Below, piece after piece: positions 1 through 13,199 of a stretch of 64,000 bases of DNA. The stretch comes from Haplodiscus bocki (Eukaryota). The first letter of the stretch is position 1. Every line of letters starts with the position of its first letter. Position numbers and translations under genes: made by a program. The stretch is from assembly GCA_965655095.1 (NCBI GenBank), contig OZ296652.1:116002001-116066000 (forward strand), in the 5' to 3' direction. Under the pieces are notes generated by a model that was not told the DNA's origin, did no database searches, and saw only the letters and a program-made list of their open reading frames with translations.

Positions 1-2996
1 ATGAAATTAAAAATCAAATTTTACAAGATTACACAGGCGATTTTGAGTTAAATGGATTAATGACTATCGGATCTATAAAACATGAAACAAATATCAGATT
101 TAAAAATAGAAATGATTTTGAAAATTATATAAACGCAGTTGATGTTGATTATGATAGCGAAGATGTTACTTTTACTGGTTACAATTATAAAATAAATACA
201 CCGCAATTCAATGGTGTTAGACGAAGCGCTTACGGTAGAAGAACTAATTATATGCAAGAAATTGTTGAATATCATGGACAAAACTGTTATAAACCGACTT
301 CGGGAATGTGTTTTATCAAATGTATTAATTATTTTACTAAAAGACTACACAGAAGAACTTTTAACTTTTATTCGATCTGAACAAAGAAGATTTAACGTAT
401 TGACATCCGCTAGGATCTAACCATTCTGTAAGAAGTACGACATTAACATCGGTTGTTTTGATGGAACGAGAATAAATCCACGAAACCTCACTCAAAGAAA
501 TACATCATTGTTCATATATAATAATCATTTCTGTATACTTTCGAAATCAGATGGTATTAGTCTTGATAAAGCGGTAAAAGAATTGAAAGATAACTTGAAA
601 GTTGTTGGTAATGTTATGTCTGATAAACATGTTAAAAGTTTTATTAAATATGAATACAACCCTAAAAAACTTAAATCTCCATTAACTAATATAGTTGTTT
701 TTGATTTAGAGACTTTCAATAAAATTAGAGCTGTTCCATATTGTAGTTGTATGTATAAACTAAGTAAAATTGCTGGTAAATACCACCGAAAAATATCAGA
801 TCAAGAATATCAAAAATGTCTAAATGATTGTGTTGTTTTTAAGGGAACTGATTGTATTAATGAAATGTTAGATCACGTTTTGTCATTCAAAGGAGAACCA
901 AAAAAAGTCAATAACAGAATTGTTGAATATAATCTATATCTGATAGCTCACAACGGGAGTGGTTTCGATAGTCATGGCGTTTTAAACGATTTAGCCCAAT
1001 GGCGAAGTGTTGTTAAACTAATTAAAAACGCAGCTGGTGTTATTTCATTCAAATTACTCAATGGTTATGTTGATCAAAACAAAAAAATACCTCAATATGT
1101 ACATTTCAGATGCGGAAGAGTTCATATTAATAAGAGTTTGAAAAAAATAGGAGAAAGTTATAAATTACAAGAAAGTTAATTAAAAAAAAAAACTAGAACA
1201 TGATGAAATTTATGAGGATACATGGGAAGCTAAAGAAAACGAGTGGTTATCTTATGTTAAAAATGACGTACTATCAACTGCATTCTGTTATGCTAGATAT
1301 GCAATGGGTATGGAAGAATTAACCGGATTTCGTATGAAAAACAATTTAACTTTACCGTCTTTAGCAAATAAATTTTTTAATAGTTTGAGAGACGAAAACG
1401 ACGAACCAATTTATACTTATACCAATCCGTTTATGAGAAATTTTGTACGTAAAGCAATTAAAGGCGGTAGATGTAATGCTTCTAACCAACATTATAAATC
1501 TGAATTTTCAGATGAAGTGTTTAATATTATTTCAAAAGAATTAAACGTTAATGGTAACATATGTGATTTTCTAGGAAAGTATTTTGAATTTTTAAACAAA
1601 TATGAGAAACAATATGAAAAAGAATTCACTTCAAAATATGGTGATTATAGGGATATTAATCAAAAAGAAAAAACTAATTATATGAATAAAAAACTTAATA
1701 TGCTACCAATTCATAAAGAGTTGTCTAAATTAGATTCAAATAAATCTCAAATGAATTATGATGGTAATAGTTTATACCCAAGTGCTATGTGGGATGAAAA
1801 TTCAGTGTATCCTAAAATAGAAACGGGATTTGCTTTTAAACCACATATGAAAGATGTTTATGTAGAAGCATTCAACAATCAAACATTTAACCAAAAAGGT
1901 GATGAATCTGCTATATTAACAATAAAATACCACAATCCACCTGGTCTTTAATTTCAACATCTGCCGGTTAAAGAAAAGGTTGAAAAAATCGAAGTAAACA
2001 GAATGAGAAATGGTTATATCATTGACACATTAACATCAGTTGACATTCAAGAAATTGTTAAAATAGGTGGAAAATTGATTGAGATTTACGGAGGTGTCTT
2101 TTATCGAGAAAATTTTAAGATATCGCCATTTAGAAAAGTTATAGAAAAATTATTTGCCTTAAGACAAAAATACAAGGACTAGAAAAATGATTTGATGCAA
2201 GGGTTGGTTAAATTAATTATCAACAGTCTTTATGGAGTGCAAATACGCAAAGATATTAACGACTCATATTTTTGTAAAACAGAAAGTTGGATGAAAACAG
2301 AATTTGACGAAAATGTTCTAGGTTGTTGGAAATTACCTAATAGAAATTATATCGTAAAAATGAAAAAAGACGATGGATTAGACGATGATTGTGATATTAA
2401 AAAAACACTTTACCTGCACTTTCAGGAGCTTTTATATTAGCTAATAGTACACGAATTATGAATAAATTTATTAGAGAAATAAACGGATTTTATAGCAATA
2501 ACATATATTACACAGATACTGATAGCTTGTATATATAGAAAAAATATTGGGATGTATTGGATAAAGCAAGTTTATTTGGAGAAGAGTTGTGCCAAGGTAA
2601 AAATGATTATGTGTCTTTTACGGGTTATTCCTTGCTCCTAAAATAAATTACGTTTTAACTATTAATGAATTTGGTATTTTACAAGAACACAAAACGTTTA
2701 AAGGGTTCAATGATTCTAAAAGACTATTAGATAGATCTCAATATTTTAAAATGAAGGAGGGGAAAAATTATCAGCTATGTTACCAAGATCGTGGAAAAAA
2801 TCATTTGACGGTGGGGTTATCATACCAAAGAAAATGAGATTTTGTAGCAAATGTAAAGATGGAATATTATGTACAACGTGTAATAATCAAATCAATGATA
2901 ATAAATGATAAAAAAGAATTCTAAGCCAACCTAAATTTATTAAAAAGAAAAACTCCTAACGAATTTGGTCATATGCTTCCTTATTATGTAATATAA
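1..2996 (+). pseudogene. polB: Protein-primed family B DNA polymerase (pPolB), broken by stops and frameshifts
   Basis: Consecutive fragments carry ExoI VFDLETF, ExoII AHNGSGFDS, TLPSLA, IKGGRC, motif A YDGNSLYPSAM, motif B KLIINSLYG and motif C YYTDTDSLY (~2505-2530), with a C-terminal CxxC..CxxC. In-frame stops at 1179, 1951 and ~2180. Confidence 0.93.
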
Positions 2997-3070
2997 ACAC
3001 TCGTATAGTTGTATTTATTAGTAGTGATTTGTTTGTTCTTCCTGAGAATAAAAGCGAAAAAACAATGGTA

Positions 3071-3512
3071 TTAAATACGAACGAGGCCTTGAGTTAATAC
3101 TTCTATTAATTCAGGATTGTTGCATATTTTTTTATTTAAAATCGTTTCAATCATTGTTTTTGGTTTCTCAAGATAGTGTTTAAAAGTTATGTTGTGAAAA
3201 TGTGACTTGAAAACAATTTTCATTTTGCGTATGTAAACTAGTTCTAAACCTTTTTTTCGCGTAATTAATATTACTATAAAATGGTCGAAATAGTTTGTTA
3301 ATAGTGGTATTTATATTTATATTGGAGAAAATTGTAATGCTCGAGATGGGAGAAAGGGTTGAGTTGTCTGAAAAGCACAATTCCCAACTACATTTTATGG
3401 TGAATTGTATAAATCGGTAATGGTGGTTTTTAACGTAATCTTTTAAAACATCTCTAATAATATCAATTTTGGGATTTTGAACTATAAATGTATTAGTAAT
3501 GACTTCGTTCAT
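3071..3512 (-). pseudogene. Polinton accessory protein, unnamed 'family X', frameshifted
   Basis: ORF 3180..3512 plus shifted tail HYLEKPKTMIETILNKKICNNPELIEVL aligns by eye with 63513..64000 (YMKCPMSMLQRYINNIFAKNPSLIKSL). Starts with TAAATG. Confidence 0.65.
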
Positions 3513-3612
3513 TTAGGTTAAGTAATAACTTTTAACTTTTAATTACAATCTCACATATACTTGTATGATTTATTGAAAAGAATTTTTATTCAAATAATTT
3601 CTTCTCTAATAA

Positions 3613-4096
3613 ATGGATGGTATAATGAACAAAAATCAGTTAACCATTGTCAAAGAATATGAATTAAACAACCCACTCGTTCAAAAGATAGTTTCTCTAA
3701 TCGACAATTGCATTAGAGATTGTCATGATAAATATTTTCATACATTCGATCACATATGTGAATATGATTTAAATTTTACAAATATCACTAATAATGAATC
3801 AGTTAATTTCACAATTTCTGATAAAGGCATGGGTATGTATGAATTAAAAAAAAATTATCACTTGCACGAGAAAGAGGTTTTATATTTAATCAAATAATTT
3901 TAAAATAAAAATTTATAGTAATCTATCAAATATAAATATACATTATCGTCTCAAATTAGGTTCACCTCCTTTGCATAGACAATTTTTCATAAAAATATCA
4001 CAAAATCGTGATTATATTCAAAATTTTTGCAATGACCGAGGAAATCTATTTCATTTTGCATGTCGCCAATGGTATTCTTATAATAACCCACAATGA
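3613..4096 (+). pseudogene. Polinton accessory protein, family X paralog, frameshifted
   Basis: ORF 3613..3897 continues in another frame to ...FHFACRQWYSYNNPQ*. The N-terminus IVKEYELNNPLVQKIVSLIDNCIRDCHDKYF parallels the other family X copies. Starts with TAAATG. Confidence 0.6.
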
Positions 4097-4375
4097 TGTT
4101 GTAGTATAATTACATCTATTCAAATACTTGTACAAATAACTATTTGTCTACCTCTCAGTGTAATTTCATGTTATTTTTTTTGAATACGATCATTGTTATG
4201 TATTTATCATCAATCACAAGTATGTTATTTGTCAATGTTATTGATTATGCGAGACGGAGTCGAGCATCCCACGAGCGAAACAAGTCAAAAGGAAGCTCGA
4301 AGAGCTGAGCAGTAATATAAGCGAGAAGCTGAGTGGAAGGAAGCCGGTGAATGAGCGCAGCGAATGAGCGAGCGG

Positions 4376-4443
4376 GTATAATGTCGGATTTGCTACTAGA
4401 TGGATGGCACAGCCAGACAGTTAGTCGCAAATCCGCATTATAC
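4376..4443. repeat. Subterminal inverted repeat/hairpin of element A
   Basis: GTATAATGTCGGATTTGCTACTA (4376-4398) and TAGTCGCAAATCCGCATTATAC (4422-4443) are reverse complements with one indel and one mismatch. Confidence 0.85.
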
Positions 4444-7400
4444 TATATTATTTACAACCATCCGCAGCTTTCGGCCTGTCGGGAATCCGGTACAGGGAAC
4501 TTCACCATTGATATTTTTTTAAGCAATCATATAGAAATGGAAAAGGCCGACTGAGACGTTGATGGACGAAATAAAAACGATGGTTTTGGTGTCATCTGGA
4601 TTTCTGATTCAAGGAACTCAACTTAGGATTAGGTTTCATTGGTGCTTTGACTAAGGAAGATTTCAAAAAATCAGACTGTTCAGAATACTGTGCTGAAAGG
4701 GACTCGCTTCTACAGCAAACGAACGGTAGCTGCAGCAAAGCGAAAATTTGGAAAAACAATTCCGAGCAAAATTTTGTACCGATTCCCTTGAAACATATGT
4801 ACAAAAGATCATTTCCGGCAAATGGTTTTTGAAATGACTGGGTTGGTGTACGGAGAAGGACAGGACGTAGCACTTGTGTAGAAAATGACTCAAAAAAAAA
4901 TTATGTTCGGGGTCAAATTTTTTCGAAAAAAATCCTTTCCGTTAAAATCTCGGCTGTCGAGAAAAACTCTACTCGGCAGTTAATCGCTGATAACATGCCT
5001 TTCTGCTCTTCCTTGGGCTCGATGGATCAGCCATTTCATGGTTTCCAGTAGGAAAACAAGTGTTCTCCTGATGAAAGGTAAATTTAAGACATCTTTTGCA
5101 GAAAAGAACGTTATTCAGAACTTTTAATTATCCAGAAATTCTGCAGAATCAGTTGCAATCCTGAAATAGTTTGCCGTTCATTGGTGAGCGATAACGTGCC
5201 GTTTCGTGGGAATTATGTGCACGACAAAGACAAATTTTACCCAAAAATTCAAGTATCCGAATAAACATGAGAATCGGGCAAAATATCGCTTATCAAAACA
5301 TTTTTTTTACATTTTCTGATTGTACTTAGGACGAAATAAGTACCCACTATACAACTTTTATACAGGTTGTAGGACCGTGAGGTCCTCCTGTGTAGTACTA
5401 AATTAGGAGGAACTCCATAGAACGGGTAAAGTTCCGATTTTTCACGTTGTTTTGCGAAAAAAAATCTATGGAAGAGAAAATTTTCATGAAAGTGTTTGGC
5501 AAAGAACTAGCCAGAAATGTTCCTCAATTTAAGCAGATAATTATATCGCAGTAAGTATCATGTGTGCTGAGCTGTGAAGCTTCTCCGTTAACAAAAATTG
5601 TAGATGTATTGAACTGTGCAAGAACTAAATGAAATGAAACGAAAAACTGATGGGCATTCTTGTTTCATCCGAAGCCCTGAAAAGCTTTTAGAACATCAAG
5701 AATGACATTCTGCTTTTAAATTTTGATAAACCTGGGTTTCGGGTTTCAGTGAAAATCAGTTTGTTAGCACTTTCTCAGAAACTCCGCAGAAGAGAAACTT
5801 TTAGCTTGGGCAAACAAAGTCCGGATGTTGTACCACGTTATCCTCAAAGGAAGCGTGTTTCAAGCGTGAGAAGGACCTTTTGATATCAACAATGTAATTC
5901 ACGAAGTTCGAAATTATATACTTTCTAATGCATTCAGAGGTCAGTTCGAGAGTGTGAAACTATTTATCAACGACCGCATGGACGGGAAGGTGGACCGAGC
6001 GATTTAAAAGGGAAAGATCATCTTCGGTTTCCCTGCTGTTGATCATGTGGGGATTCTCGAATCAGACCTTGAAGAGGACTGATATAAAGAAGACTAACTC
6101 CCTCCGTAGATTTATATCTTTGCTTTTTCTGAAAGGCTGGTTTCAGCGAAACACTCCCGACAGCGAGAACTGCTTCAGCACGCGGAACGGAAGGAAACAA
6201 AACAAACAAATCCGCTTCGTTGCCAAATTAAAAGTTTGATTCCTTGTGATCTGGCCAATGGGAACATCGATAACACAAATTTGCTTCAAACAAGTTGAAC
6301 ATAGTATCAACCCTGGGAAGTTGGTCCTAAAAGCTAGAATGACCCGGTAGAATTCATTCTGCCTGGAGAGCAAACATCTCATTTTGACGTTGACAGACTT
6401 TGCGACTGGCCATTTGCACCCTCCAGAGGGATCCATGTAACTCTTCAACTCCTCAACCAGCGCATACGTCACCAAAACATGGGCCCAAAAACGTCTGAGC
6501 AACAAGCTTTGAGGACCTCCAAACACAAATTGCAATCGCCGAAATGTTTACCCGAGAAAACGGGATATTAAGGCGGAAACACAGTCCCCGTTCTATCAAT
6601 TCAAAAGTACACATCAGTACCGAATATTTGCTGTTTTCGGAATCTTCCAGCCCTTACTTTACAACGATGCCACGCCCTAATGGTTTGTAGATCTTAGAAA
6701 CTCAGATCTGTCATTTTTGAAGTTTTCAAGTTGAATCTTTTCACAGAGATCAATAGCAAAATCAACCGAATCCGCGAACAAAAACACATTGTCAGCTGTT
6801 TTCGCTTCCATCTTCTGTCCACCAAGAGAGGAGGGCTTGCAATTATAACGCCCACAGACATGACGCTGTCTTTTCCGTTTGCCAGGATCGTCATTGTTGC
6901 CAGTTCTTCAGGACTCCAAATCTCCTTTGTGGGTTGGCAAAATTGGGACCGAGGCAGCCAGAGCGAGAGCCTTCACGTTTTCCGGAACGCCCGAGAAACA
7001 CACAGGTTTCGAAGCGGAAACACATTATGAAAACGATACGATTTTTGGGGCAAGTGACACATAAAAGTCTGGATCAACAATCGAAGCAAACGATCCAAGA
7101 ACGTTCAGCAAGAAACAAGCACGCATGAATATTGCGCGCAACTAAAGCAGTAGGGAGCAATCTAGCTACTATCTCGGAAACACTAGTCTCATTCGAGACT
7201 CCAGATACACGTTTTCTACCAAAAGCCCCGCTCTTGTCAAACATTTCCATGTGTAGAAGCGACCAGCGAGACACAATGCTTGATACCTACGAGTTCGCAG
7301 AAGCATTGAAAAATGCTGCAGAGGTCAAACCCAATTTCATGATGAAAGTCACAGCAGCCGCCCAAATGAAAAAATGGTCCAACCGGAAACTCTGCTAACT

Positions 7401-10400
7401 TGTCGGGAAGTGCTGGAAAGAAAACTTCACAAAAACGGATTATATCGATGCAAGTTTTCGCTTTCCTTCACGGCCAGTTCCGCTTCCTAAAATGGTACAC
7501 ACTAAAGCATTATCTGCTTTAGTCTATCACGGCCCATTCAGCGGTTTTCTATGATGCACGACTTCTGGGAAGAAAATTTGTCAACTCCGTCTACAAAGCC
7601 TAAGGGTATGATTGAAAATCTTAGCCAGCTGAACATAGAAGGACGCCCCATCACTCACAGCAACTGGCCTAACAATGGTTTCGTGTTTTGTGCTATCCAA
7701 CTGCTGGCAAACTTCTGGAGATTTCCGACATCGGTATAAAGGTCAGATTTCTTGAACTTATTTAACAACCCGATGATAACGGAATTTTGTGATATCTTAC
7801 AAGTGAGAGGAAGCATCGGAGTAGGTGCTTCTACCAACAAGCGCCCGACTTTAAGGATGAAAAATGCCTTGATCAGAGGCTTTCGCGAGAGCAATTCCTA
7901 TGGAAGGAGACCCTATCGTAGTTGACGTCTATCATCTGGCACCTTGAAAAGATGGGGACTTCCGTAGCTTTGACCTCCCGATGATGAACACTCCACTTTG
8001 ATAAGATGAACTTTTCCGGGAAAAATCCCGGATGGGCATGACTAAAATGCTGAATCAAATGATTCAGCACACCTTAAACGATAATGAATTCCTCATCCGT
8101 GACTTTGAACGACGATGCAATAACCTGCACAGTCGGTACGAGCAGCTGGTTGACTATTTTGAAAGCACCCATGTCTGCGTCGTGTTACTCGAGCAACATT
8201 GCTAGAAAAAGAGCCCACATTGATGGCGGAAAGGGAGGCAGGGAGACGAAACAAGACAAAGAGGATCCACTGGAGGCCAAAAAACCAGTAAACCCGGAGT
8301 AAGCAAACGTTTCGGATCAGCCGCTCAGACACTCGACTAGCAAACTTCTCCAAACGTTCATGAATGGTAATTTTTTTTCTATTTTTGTTGAACATGTTTT
8401 ACCGAGTGAAAGAAGAACTTAAATTTTGACCTTTAAAAGTCTACGTTCTCTTGTTTGATGTGAAAGTGTGAGTAACGCCCATGGGATCACCTGTGAGAAT
8501 GCACAACCTGTGGAATGTTTTATTGTGCTTGTTTGTATAAGTTTCGTCTAACAAACGAACACAGGGAACAGACAACAGAGATATGCCAACACTAAAGATT
8601 TACAACAGCTAAGGTGAAAGCGCTGCGATAAGAGCTTGGCTGCTATCCGGAAGCATATGTGCCAGAAACTCGTTGAGCAACAATCCAAGTCGGAGGAAGA
8701 GTAGAGGATCGAAGTAAAGACGCAGCTGCGGATTGAATAGTTTCAGAACCACCGTCGCTGTTTTGCTTGTCTGAACGCCGCAGATTGGCACGTGATATGA
8801 GATGATTGTCCAAAAGGCAAATGGATCATTCGGCTCGGCTGAAGAAAAAAATAGTGGTGGATCAATAGCTACAGATGAAATGGCCCCATCATCACGTGGA
8901 GGATTCACCAGGACATCCTTTATTCGAGAAATGCCTCCATACATCGGAGATTGACGGACCCAAGGAATGGGAAACGCAGATACTCCCAAGGAGTCCAAGG
9001 ATGCATGTTGATTGAATCTGCCGTCCTCTTTCTCTACAATTCCACTAAATCCGCCAATCTGGGCACACAACAGTTTTGGAAAGAACTGCAGGATCCCGGA
9101 ACATGCAGGAAACAGACTGCTAGTGACAGATTTGGAGGCGGCATTCTGAGATCTGTTGTCGAATTTGCAATTTTCGAACTCAATATTGAATGTAGAAGTT
9201 CGACTGGCTCAGTCGCTTTCATCAGTTGAACACGAGCCAGGCGCTCCATCTATCACTCTGACAGGCAACATCTGTTCATACTTGAATTACTGTCAGGAGT
9301 GCGTGGCAGCAAACGTGTGAAGTGGTTACTCAAGCCACCCTCAAGGAACTGGAGCCATTTTCATTGAAACTGACGCTGCAGTATGCTCAAAATTGGTGCC
9401 ACGATTTGTTATCAAATTTCAGTTACCAGACCAGAAACTCAGAGACTCAGAATGTGAGACTGATGAGAGACTGATAGAATGTGTTGGTAGCCCACGGCCA
9501 AAGCCCACTTCAAGCCTCAAGAGGAAGGGAACACGCCGCCGCCATGTTGACACTCACCTGGAGCAGAACGCGTTACTGAGGCACATGACTAGTACCCGAA
9601 CGATTTCACGGGCTCACAGCCAATCAATCAGCTTGGGATCAAGTGGCTGAGTGACGATGAGATCGACGACAGCTTTCACAGCCGATTCTCATATATTTCA
9701 CAACCAAACAAGTAGGGGAACAGCCAGGCCTGCTGGCAGACATTCTATTCGTCTCGACCCCGTTCATCGAAGTAGGACACATGACCAACTTGTGGTTAAA
9801 ATTTGTGACTTCCGTGTCCATGCTCAGCAAACAGACCCCGATGTGTGACAATGGAGACGTAGAGGATGACATTGCAAACCTGTCACCCGAGTACTGTGAA
9901 CTGGCCAGACGATTGTTGAGGACTATGAATACGGAACAGATAATTGTTTCTCCGGGATTGTTGCACTGGTTGTTTTGCTTTGTTTCCAGAAGCTGTCTGC
10001 AATATGTTGGAGAAAGCTCGCAGGTCCAAAAAAATGCAAGTCCGAAAGGCCCTACCCATCCTGACTATTAAAGTAGACACGTTGGGTAATCACGATTAGC
10101 CCATCCTGTTTCGTTTTCCCTCAAATTTATGCGGAAACTAATGCCACTCCGCTAGTGGGGTTTACGTGTGTTCGTTACGGAATGGCAACTAGACAGCCCA
10201 GATTGGAAACACTCACGGAAGAACAGCATTTAGCGCCGTGTGAGAACTATGTTTTCTAAAGGCAAGGTTTTCCACACAACGAAAAAGGGTAGTTGTAAGA
10301 AAAACTGTTTGCTGAAAGCTTAGCCATAAGCTCATCCTCTGACCGATTAGACAGAAACAACTATGTTTCATTGCTACCCCTATGGCTGGTACAAACAACG

Positions 10401-12747
10401 TGAGATAATGGACGTCAAAAAGAAAAGAAGATCATTGTTGAGCAGACCAAGAACTGCCTGACAAATTCACTCAATGAACACACCTGGCAGTCATTGTACC
10501 AGCGGTGACAACATATGACACTTGAATAAATAGCCGAAAAATGAAGACAGGACGTCAAACATTTAACCATACTCCCGGAAAGGAACTGGGGAGCTTCGAT
10601 TATGAAACGAAGTTGCAGGTTGACAGAAGAGGAAATGAAGAATACATCAATAAAGCGCACATTGCAGCTTAACTGAACTGTTGGGCATGTGCATATTCTG
10701 CATTGTAAATCCGTGGTTAGAGGGACCAGTAGGGATTGTACTGTAAAATCCATCTGACTAGAGGCTAAGAATATTACGAACGCCACTTACACAAAAAGTC
10801 AGAGACGTTAACGTCTTGGGGTAATTACCTAAGGACGCACTCGTCTAAGGGCTTCATGGTCTATTAGAGAAAAACATACAACTGTCCTGGGCAACGAGAT
10901 AACAGCAATTCGATGCGATACCAAGAGGCCTACGTACCCTTTACAACTGGCTCAACTACGCACATGGTGCCAAAATCACAGTCCCGATTTCCAATGTCAC
11001 TGCCATATGCGGTGAATTTCCGGAAATTTCTTTACCTGAACGAATCCCGACTCTACTACGAACTCCAACGTCAATTTGATCTGAAGACTAAGTAATTTGA
11101 CGAGCTCTCACGGCAATCGCGTAGACCCAATTCTAAATCAAGGACTTCTGCTTTCCGATGAAAATGGGTTCAACTAGCTTTCCCGAGGCCACTGGAGGTG
11201 ATCTGCGTTCTCAACAACTTGATTTCAATCCTGTCGGGACCCGTGACACGTATGGTCCGTGGAGACATCACACCGACAAGTGGAATACTTGGAGCACTCA
11301 TCAGATTCTGTAAGCCCGAAAAAGATTGAACTAGAAGATATATGGAGAAGAACAGAATTTGATGGTTGCCACTACAAAATTTTTATACATAACTCGAAGA
11401 AACAAATACACGCATCGGACCATCTACCAAGAAGGAATAAAAAAACCAGTCTAAATTACTAATTGAAACGAACAGTCAAGAACCTCGACATCACCTACTA
11501 CCTGCTCTGGTACCATTTAGTTGCTTTCGTAGCGTGACTTTAGTTTTAGCACATCGCGCTTGTAAGTTTTCGCTCCTGATTTTTAGTTCAGGTTGTCATT
11601 TGTGTTTGAAATGACTGCTATGGGTTGTTGAAGGTGAGTCGCGAGTAATTACCCTTTTTGCTTGTTTCTAGTGCCATAAAGTATGTTAATTATTCCATTG
11701 CTCAATGCTACACGTGCTTAAAAGTTGCTACGAAGGGCGAGAAATCATTTGAAATGTTGACCTGCAAAAATTGCCGCTCAGTGCAGAAAAAAAATAGCAT
11801 GCTCTATCCAAAAATCCTAATAAACCCCCTGTATTAGACGATGTAAAAGGGTTTTAAAGGCACAAAAATTGCAACTATGAGTACAGTGACAGAAAAAGAA
11901 GGGCTAATCAATCGAGTACAAAGAGTCACAATCTAGCCAAAAATTACAGAAGAGACAATGAACAAAAGAAAGAGCAAAAAAAGGAAAGAAGCGTCATCTC
12001 TTTTGTTTTGATGTGAATAAAAAGTGAAAGATGAAGAGATTAGAACTGATATGATGCAGTAAATCTCTGTAGGAAGTATTGAGCTTTCTTCTGTCCTACT
12101 TGTCAATTCTGATTATTGCTCCATAACGCTACTGGTCGCCTGATCACCTGTAAATCCAATAGGTAATCGCTTTACCACTAGTGTTGACAGATCACAACAC
12201 TTCTGGCTACGTGGCAAAAAAACTCTGCAGCTGACTCTTTCAATCACCCACTGAACAAAGAACTCTCACCTCAGATCTTCCTTTTCCGCGAAACTGGTTT
12301 GCAAGGACACCTGTCGTCCCGTTTTGGCGAGGGCGTCAGCATTTAGCCGGGCTCTTGATTTTGTGTCATCGTTGTGATTAGAATAAATCATTCAATGCGA
12401 TGACAAAATTCATGGTGAAAATTTGCCGCCGTGCGGTACAAACAGACCTGTTGAACAATCCATTGTTGTTAGAGCATGTCGAAGATTTGTTTCACATCAC
12501 TTTCAGTTGCTGCAGAACTACCAATTGAGTAAATTGGTTGTACTTGCTAAAATTTAGATGAACACAACATTACAAGTCAACAGATTTTGGAACACCTTCT
12601 ATGAACTACTCATAAACTGTTATACTTACATGAGATAAAATACTTTCAATAACATGCATTCCCTTTAACATTATCTGCTAGTGTTATAGGGAATGATTCA
12701 TCTCATGTCAAAACGGAGTATGAGAACATTATATAAACTGTATTCCA

Positions 12748-12879
12748 NNNNNNNNNNNNNNNNNNNNNNNNNNNNNNNNNNNNNNNNNNNNNNNNNNNNN
12801 NNNNNNNNNNNNNNNNNNNNNNNNNNNNNNNNNNNNNNNNNNNNNNNNNNNNNNNNNNNNNNNNNNNNNNNNNNNNNNN
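12748..12879. other. Assembly gap (132 N)
   Basis: Run of N characters. Confidence 1.
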
Positions 12880-13199
12880 GTTTGATTCTGGAAAATTTTG
12901 GTGTGGTTTGCTCTGTAATACAAAAACGTAGAGTACTGATTTTGTTGAAAAGGACTTCGTGGATTTCCCCATATATATTACTGCGGGATAATTGGACTCA
13001 CATTATATGGGTGTTGCGAAGACTTGTCTTAGATAGTTGAAAGTTGACGAAATCAAGTGATGTTAATGGGTGAGGATTTAGAACTTTCTTGATATATTAA
13101 AGGAAGAGGTGGTTTGTAACGACTCTTTTAATAAAATATGTCGTACAAATCACAAAAGATCACAAAAGACCTTAATTCATCTGATAATGAATGGGTAAC

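Larger units (their letters stand above)
1..4446 (+). mobile_element. Polinton/Maverick-like element A, 3' portion (left part outside window), degenerate
   Basis: pPolB pseudogene, then two accessory ORFs homologous to one in element C, then a GC-richer GAGC-repeat/hairpin block ending ...CATTATACTAT. Composition changes after ~4450. The end coordinate is inferred. Confidence 0.8.

Noticed and set aside
5316-5340. Hammerhead ribozyme (CTGATTG...GGACGAAA)
   Set aside because: The core deviates from CUGANGA and stem II does not form properly.
6018-6209. LLYISPLQGL resembling helicase motif Ia
   Set aside because: No other helicase motifs found nearby.
10803-10829. Adjacent palindromes AGACGTTAACGTCT and GGTAATTACC
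   Set aside because: Short and isolated, with no supporting context.
12693-13040. ORFs spanning the N run
   Set aside because: Created by the assembly gap.
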